Source of the DNA: an uncultured Verrucomicrobiae bacterium
Lineage (GTDB): Bacteria > Verrucomicrobiota > Verrucomicrobiia > Chthoniobacterales > UBA10450
Direction: 5' to 3'
DNA: 64,000 nt
Assembly (NCBI GenBank): GCA_963726745.1
Contig: CAVSDR010000007.1
Coordinates: 32,001-96,000, forward strand
The notes under the pieces are model-generated. The model was not told the origin of the DNA and ran no database searches. It saw nothing but the letters and a program-made list of their open reading frames with translations. Below are positions 58,924 to 64,000 of this stretch, piece after piece. Both the position numbers and the translations under genes were made by a program. Position 1 is the first letter of the stretch; each line of letters starts with the position of its first letter.

Positions 58924-61089
58924 CTAGGAGTCGCTGTGAAGCCACTCCGGGGTATAGGAGTGCGCTTTGTTGAAGACCATCGAGACGTTATCGCGACCTG
59001 CGATCAAGGCCTCGTAGCCGCGTTTGACGGTCTCGCGGGCGTTCTTCTCGCCTTCCACGACGAGCAGCATCTTATCCATGAACCCGGCCATGCCGAGCGT
59101 AGGACTGGTCTGGTTTAGCGGCGGCATGTCGAAGATAATGTAGTCAAAGTCGCTCGCCTTGAGGTTCGGCATCAGGTCGAAGAATTTCTTCAAGCCGAGC
59201 TGCGCCGGACCGGTGTTTTGGCTCGCGACCGTGGCCAGGTAAAGGTTATCGGCAGCGGGCGGAACGCCGTTGTCGAGCTGGAGCGCCGCGCCGAGGGATA
59301 GCGCCGGGCGGCCATCGAAAAACGGATGCACCTCGCCTTGGCCGACATTCAGGTCGACCAGGAGCACTTTGCCTTCACCAAGCTCGGAAAAGGAAGCGGC
59401 CAGGCCCGCGGCCAAGGTCGAAGCGCCCGCGCCTTTCTTGAAGCCGGTTACGCCGACGAGCTTCGGCTTATGGGTCATGCGGTTGAGCTCGAAGTAAAGT
59501 CCCAGGCGATCGCGAATGGCCTCGGTGTAAGGCCGGATAAAGTGCCCGGCCTCCCAAGGCATCGGGCCGCCACCGCCTTTGACTAAGGCTGAGCCGTTGC
59601 CGCTGTGGCGCCCGTTCTTTTTCCAAGGTAAGCGCAGTCGGCTGGCTCCATTCTGCCGGCAATCTGGAATGGCCACGAGGAGACGTGTGCCCAGGCGCTT
59701 TTCGAGTTCGATCGGGCGCTTAATTGTTTGGTTAAGGAGCAACTCGAACAAAAGAGTCAGCGCGATGGCGGCACCGATCCCGCCCCCGGCCAGGCCCATG
59801 ACGATCTTGTCGCGCTTGCCAAACACACGCGCGGGCACGCTGGGACGCTGGACCGCGCTGATGTTCGGCATCTTCGAAGGATCTAACGCTTCGTCCACGC
59901 GCGCCTTTTCCAGGGTGCCCTTGAAGTACTTGTAGTTGGCGACTTCCAATTCCTGGTTGCGTTCGAGGTCGGCGATCTGCGAGCCGACTTCGGAAAGCTT
60001 GCGGATGCCGTCGCGGATGTTCGTCAGGCGCTGCTTCAGCCGCTCGGATTTAGTCAGCAATCCGACCAGCTTGGCTTGTTCGCCCCCGAGCGTGAGTGCC
60101 GGACTGCCGTTCGCGGCGCCGCCGGCGATTTCGGGAAATTTCTCCTCCATCTCCGCGCGCTCCTTCTCCAGGTCGGCGATCTGCTTTTGGTGGAACTTCA
60201 CGATCACGTTGTCCTCGGTGTACTTCGAGAGCACCTCCAACTCGGCGGCGCGCAGCCGTTCCAGGCGCTGGACCACTGCCTGGTAATGCTGCACATCCTT
60301 GCTCTGCACCCCGCGGGCGGTCTTTTTGCTGTCGACCGGGGCGATCGGGATCTGCTCCATCATCTTCACGCGCGCGGCCTGGTCGGCGATCTCCTCCTCG
60401 GTCGTCTGGAGTTGTTCCTGCACCTTGTTCAAGCTCGCACTCAGGGAAGCGGTACTGTCGGCTAACGAGACGATGCCTGCCTTGGACTTCAAGGCGCGCA
60501 ACGCATCTTCGGTTTCGTTCAGGCGCGCATGCACCTGGTCGGTCTGCTGGGTCACGAAGTCGAACGCGCCTGCGGAACGGTGGACTTCGAGGTGTTTGTT
60601 GAAATAGCGATTCACCAATTCATCGAGCACCAGGCGCGCGAGATCGGGGTCGGCGTTCCGGTAGGCGACGAAGATGATGTTGCTCGAGCCGCTCGGCACC
60701 ACCGTGAGCCCACCCGCGACCACGCCGGCCGCTTCAGTCATCGAAGGTTGCCCGGTCGCTCCCGGGATGAGGCGCTGCGGCCCGAGCGCTTCCGCCACCT
60801 GCACCGCGAGGTCCCAACTGGTGATGATCTCCACCTCGGAGCCGATGATGTTCGCGGCCATCTTCCCGGAATTCGCATCGGGATCGATCGGCGTCCGCTC
60901 CATCACGTAACGCACCAGCAGCTTCGCGTGCGATTCATACATCGGGGTGTAGAGGATCTGCACGGTCACAGCGGCGATCACCCCAACGATTCCGCATAGG
61001 AGGATCTTCCACTTATGCTTGAAGATGGCGAAGAGGATGTCGCCTAAACTCATCCCCGAGTAATGATTGTCTGTGAGCTCGTCTGCCAT
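58924..61089 (-). CDS. wzc: Wzc/GumC polysaccharide co-polymerase with degenerate tyrosine-kinase domain
   Basis: Two TM segments flanking a coiled-coil periplasmic region (SEVEII), then a P-loop-like domain (GAGAST, LLVD, IIFDMPP). Confidence 0.88.
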   Translation of the reverse strand: MADELTDNHYSGMSLGDILFAIFKHKWKILLCGIVGVIAAVTVQILYTPMYESHAKLLVRYVMERTPIDPDANSGKMAANIIGSEVEIITSWDLAVQVAEALGPQRLIPGATGQPSMTEAAGVVAGGLTVVPSGSSNIIFVAYRNADPDLARLVLDELVNRYFNKHLEVHRSAGAFDFVTQQTDQVHARLNETEDALRALKSKAGIVSLADSTASLSASLNKVQEQLQTTEEEIADQAARVKMMEQIPIAPVDSKKTARGVQSKDVQHYQAVVQRLERLRAAELEVLSKYTEDNVIVKFHQKQIADLEKERAEMEEKFPEIAGGAANGSPALTLGGEQAKLVGLLTKSERLKQRLTNIRDGIRKLSEVGSQIADLERNQELEVANYKYFKGTLEKARVDEALDPSKMPNISAVQRPSVPARVFGKRDKIVMGLAGGGIGAAIALTLLFELLLNQTIKRPIELEKRLGTRLLVAIPDCRQNGASRLRLPWKKNGRHSGNGSALVKGGGGPMPWEAGHFIRPYTEAIRDRLGLYFELNRMTHKPKLVGVTGFKKGAGASTLAAGLAASFSELGEGKVLLVDLNVGQGEVHPFFDGRPALSLGAALQLDNGVPPAADNLYLATVASQNTGPAQLGLKKFFDLMPNLKASDFDYIIFDMPPLNQTSPTLGMAGFMDKMLLVVEGEKNARETVKRGYEALIAGRDNVSMVFNKAHSYTPEWLHSDS

Positions 61090-61107
61090 GAGAGGGATTG
61101 CGGTGCC

Positions 61108-62250
61108 TTAGTCGAGATGTGGGTAGACTAATTTCCCCAGGAGCTTGTTCACTGAAATTGGTAAATGGCGGAAGATTCCGGCGGCCCGACCCGCGAGGTC
61201 AGCGCCGCCGGCGATCCAGTCGCCGCTGGCGTCGCCGCGGTAATATTCCATCGTTTCCTCGAGCGCGCCCCAGCCGAGCTTAAAGCGCCGGAGCCCGTCG
61301 TTGCCCTGGGCGGTGCGGCCGAAGTGAAGTTGCCGGCTGCCGTTCGCTGCGAGATAGCGCATGGCTTCCCACATCGCCAGATTGCTCGCGCGAAATTCCT
61401 GCCCGCGCTCGTCGGAGGCGCCAAATTTATACAGCGCATTCTTGCCAAAGGTGAAGAAGACCGCGCCAGCCAGCGGGCGTCCGCCACGGCGGGCGAGGAC
61501 GACAAAGCCAAGGCCTTGCTTGATCAGATGCTCGTGGATGTTCGAGAAAAACTTCCGCGATTGCGGGGGCGCGCCATGCCGGCGGCGGGTGCGGCAATGC
61601 AGCCGGTAATATTCGGCTATGGCTTCGCGGGAGCGCGAGACCCGGGCGGTCACGCCGCTGCGTTCCGCCTTCGCGAGATTTCGCCGGACGCTGCCGGCGA
61701 GATTCGCGCGCAGCGCTGTCGGACCGACGCCAAGGTCGAGCTTGTGACCGTAAAAGGTCTCTGCGGCCGGTGCCATTCCATCGAGGGAAGGCGCGCCGCG
61801 CAGCTCGAAGTGCTTCCACCCGCGCTCGGTCGCGAGGGCGGAAAGATGATCCAGGAGAGCCTGCTGTCTAAAACCTGGAAAGAAGAGCGGCGGAGAGAAA
61901 TCGCTGAAAGGCAGAGCCACCGCGCGGCGACCGGTGAAAGCGCTCCGCACTTCCATTAACGGAAGCAGCGCGGCGGTTTTTCCCTCCTGCGAAAAGTGGA
62001 GGTAAAACGGACGATGCCCGTAGGTGGTGGTAAGCACCCGGGCCCACGCGGCGGTGTGGAAAGCAGTCGCCGCATCGTGCAGCGCGACCATTCGATCCCA
62101 ATCGCCGAAAGCGAAGGGGTCCACCGTCGTAACCCGGCAAACCTGAGGCGCACTCTCCGTTTCCAAATTGCTCCCGCCAAAACGGGCACGACTGCTGATA
62201 GCAGGCTGCCGCGACAGCGGGAAGCTCTCTCGTTCGCCAAAGGAAGCCAT
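61108..62250 (-). CDS. GNAT/FemAB-like protein (Acetyltransf_6)
   Basis: FHTAAW, ALPFSD, RRNLAKAERSGV, HFGRT, GLRRFKLGWG. Confidence 0.82.
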   Translation of the reverse strand: MASFGERESFPLSRQPAISSRARFGGSNLETESAPQVCRVTTVDPFAFGDWDRMVALHDAATAFHTAAWARVLTTTYGHRPFYLHFSQEGKTAALLPLMEVRSAFTGRRAVALPFSDFSPPLFFPGFRQQALLDHLSALATERGWKHFELRGAPSLDGMAPAAETFYGHKLDLGVGPTALRANLAGSVRRNLAKAERSGVTARVSRSREAIAEYYRLHCRTRRRHGAPPQSRKFFSNIHEHLIKQGLGFVVLARRGGRPLAGAVFFTFGKNALYKFGASDERGQEFRASNLAMWEAMRYLAANGSRQLHFGRTAQGNDGLRRFKLGWGALEETMEYYRGDASGDWIAGGADLAGRAAGIFRHLPISVNKLLGKLVYPHLD

Positions 62251-62264
62251 GATGCGGCTGGGTC

Positions 62265-63384
62265 TCAAGAAAGCGCGCCGACCGCCAGGCAATCCTTCAC
62301 CGCGTGGGCAACGGTTTCGATCTGCTCGGGGGTTAACTCCGGAAACATTGGCAGCGAGATGAATTCATCGGAAGTCAGCTCCGAGATCGGGAAGGAGCCG
62401 CGCCGATGGCCGAGACCAGCATACGCCTCCTGCAAATGCACCGGCACCGGATAGTGCACCCCGCAGCCGATGCCGCGCTCCTCGAGCGCGCGCAGCAGCT
62501 CGTCCCGCATCGGCACCCGCAGGGCATAGATGTGGTAGACGTGTTTTGCGTAGGGCATTTCCACGGGCGGGCGCACATCCTCCACTCCCGCAAAGGCGCG
62601 CGTGTAGGCCGCGGCGTGGCTGCGGCGCAGTTCGTTCCCGCGCGCCAGATGTTGCAGTTTAATCCGCAGGACCGCGGCCTGGATGCCGTCCATGCGGCCG
62701 TTCCACCCAATCATCGTGTGATGGTATTTCCGCGACTGCCCATGGTCGCGCAGGGTGCGAATTTTCTCCGCGAGATCGGCCCGATCGGTCACGACCGCGC
62801 CGGCTTCGCCGAAGGCTCCAAGGTTCTTCCCCGGGTAAAAGCTGAAGCAAGCCGCGTCCGCCAGCCCCCCGACGCGGCGGCTGCGATACTCAGCGCCATG
62901 CGCCTGCGAAGCGTCCTCGATCACCGCGAGGCCATGCTCACGCGCGAAGGCCAGCGATCGGGTCCATGTCCGCCGACTGCCCGAAAAGGTGCACCGGCAT
63001 GAGCGCCTTGGTGCGCGGCGTAAGCGCGGCGCGAAGCTGCGCCGGGTCCATCGTGTAGCTCTGCTCGTCGATGTCGACAAAAACAGGCGTCGCCCCGGTG
63101 TAGCTGATCGCCTCCGCCGTCGCCATGAAAGTGCTGGCTACGGTGATGACTTCGTCGCCCGGGCCGATGCCGAGCGCGAGGAGCGCAAACCAGAGCGCGT
63201 CGGTGCCATTGCCGACGCCGCAGGCGTGGGCCACGCCGCAGAACTTCGCAAAATCTTGCTCGAATGCGGCCACGAACGGGCCGCCGGCAAAGGCACCGCT
63301 GTCCACCACTTCCTCGATCGCACGGGAGAACTCCGTGCGATACGGAGCGTGATGTTTCTGGAGGTCGAGAAACGGAACTTTCAT
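62265..63384 (-). pseudogene. DegT/DnrJ aminotransferase split by a +1 frameshift at ~62955 (pseudogene or sequencing error)
   Basis: MKVPFLDL…PVHLFGQSADMDPI is in one frame and LAFAREHGLAVIEDASQAHG…SFYPGKNLGAFGE in another. The minus strand reads ATC-G-CTG. Confidence 0.88.
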
Positions 63385-63457
63385 GCGAAAAGCTTGGCAG
63401 TCGTTAGGCAAAAAATGGGCGCGGCGGCATCCGCGCGGTGGCGGAACTGGGCACGCC

Positions 63458-64000
63458 TCAGGCCACGGCGGCCACGGAGACGCGTCGCTTGCCGTTGGCT
63501 CCATCGACCGCGGGCGGAATCACGCTGTGGGTGCGCGAGAAACTCACCGGCGCGCCGTTGGCCTTGAGCGAGGCTGAGGAGGCCTCGAGGATGCGGACGA
63601 GGTCCAACCCGTCCTGGCCCCCGGTGTTGCACTCGATCCCCTGCTGGATGCAATCGACAAAGTGTTGGCACTCGATCTTCAGCGGCTCTTCCTGTTGGAT
63701 GTGCGGGATGTAACTGTCGCCGTAGTGGTAGGAGTAATGAAATTCCGCAAACGTGTCGTAGTGCGGTGGACGCTCTACGCGCACGTCATAAACGCGGATC
63801 TTGCCGTGCGTTTTCAGGTCATCGTAAACGATCATGCGGCGCGTGCCGACGATAGTCATCTCGCGCACCTTGCGGGGCTCGAGCCAGCTGCTCTGGATGG
63901 TGGCAAAGCGCTTGTGCCGGAAAGTAAGCGACATATTGGTCACGTCCTCGATGTGCGGCGTAACGTGGCCATTTCCCTGGCAATTTACCGTCGTGGGAAA
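63458..64000 (-). CDS. Gfo/Idh/MocA oxidoreductase, C-terminal part (5' end outside the window)
   Basis: SSWLEPRKVREMTIVG…YDD…EPLKIECQHF, paralogous to 53929..54975. Confidence 0.85.
   Translation of the reverse strand, partial: FPTTVNCQGNGHVTPHIEDVTNMSLTFRHKRFATIQSSWLEPRKVREMTIVGTRRMIVYDDLKTHGKIRVYDVRVERPPHYDTFAEFHYSYHYGDSYIPHIQQEEPLKIECQHFVDCIQQGIECNTGGQDGLDLVRILEASSASLKANGAPVSFSRTHSVIPPAVDGANGKRRVSVAAVA

Noticed and set aside
1..64000. CRISPR arrays, IS elements, integrases, prophage or defence genes
   Set aside because: None recognised in the sequence or the ORF track.

Overview
GC-rich bacterial window, most likely Verrucomicrobiota (Chthoniobacterales/Spartobacteria-like), inferred from a VPDSG-type PEP-CTERM protein next to an exosortase. 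The left 2 kb holds a fatty-acid desaturase, tRNA-Pro(TGG), a secreted hypothetical protein and tRNA-Glu(CTC). Everything from ~2.0 kb to the window end (>62 kb, continuing upstream past 64000) is one minus-strand cell-surface glycan/protein-sorting locus. It encodes sugar-nucleotide modules (three DegT aminotransferases, three Gfo/Idh/MocA oxidoreductases, RfbF, a C-methyltransferase, a dehydratase and acetyltransferases) and tailoring enzymes (three deacetylases, two GNAT/FemAB-like proteins, an AsnB-like protein and a methyltransferase). It also carries about 13 glycosyltransferases, both Wzm/Wzt and Wzy/Wzc/Wza export parts, and two secreted carbohydrate-active proteins, one a ~1,900-aa multidomain giant. 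The distal end is exosortase-wza-prsK-prsR-prsT-VPDSG-CTERM-terminator-RfaH-like-beta-barrel. Two sigma-54 -24/-12 promoters and a candidate PrsR enhancer are visible in the DNA. Points of note: a Wzc with a degenerate kinase site, a possible CDP-linked C-methyl amino-sugar pathway, two domain fusions, and three single-base frameshifts that may be assembly errors. All product calls come from motif recognition only; no database search was run.
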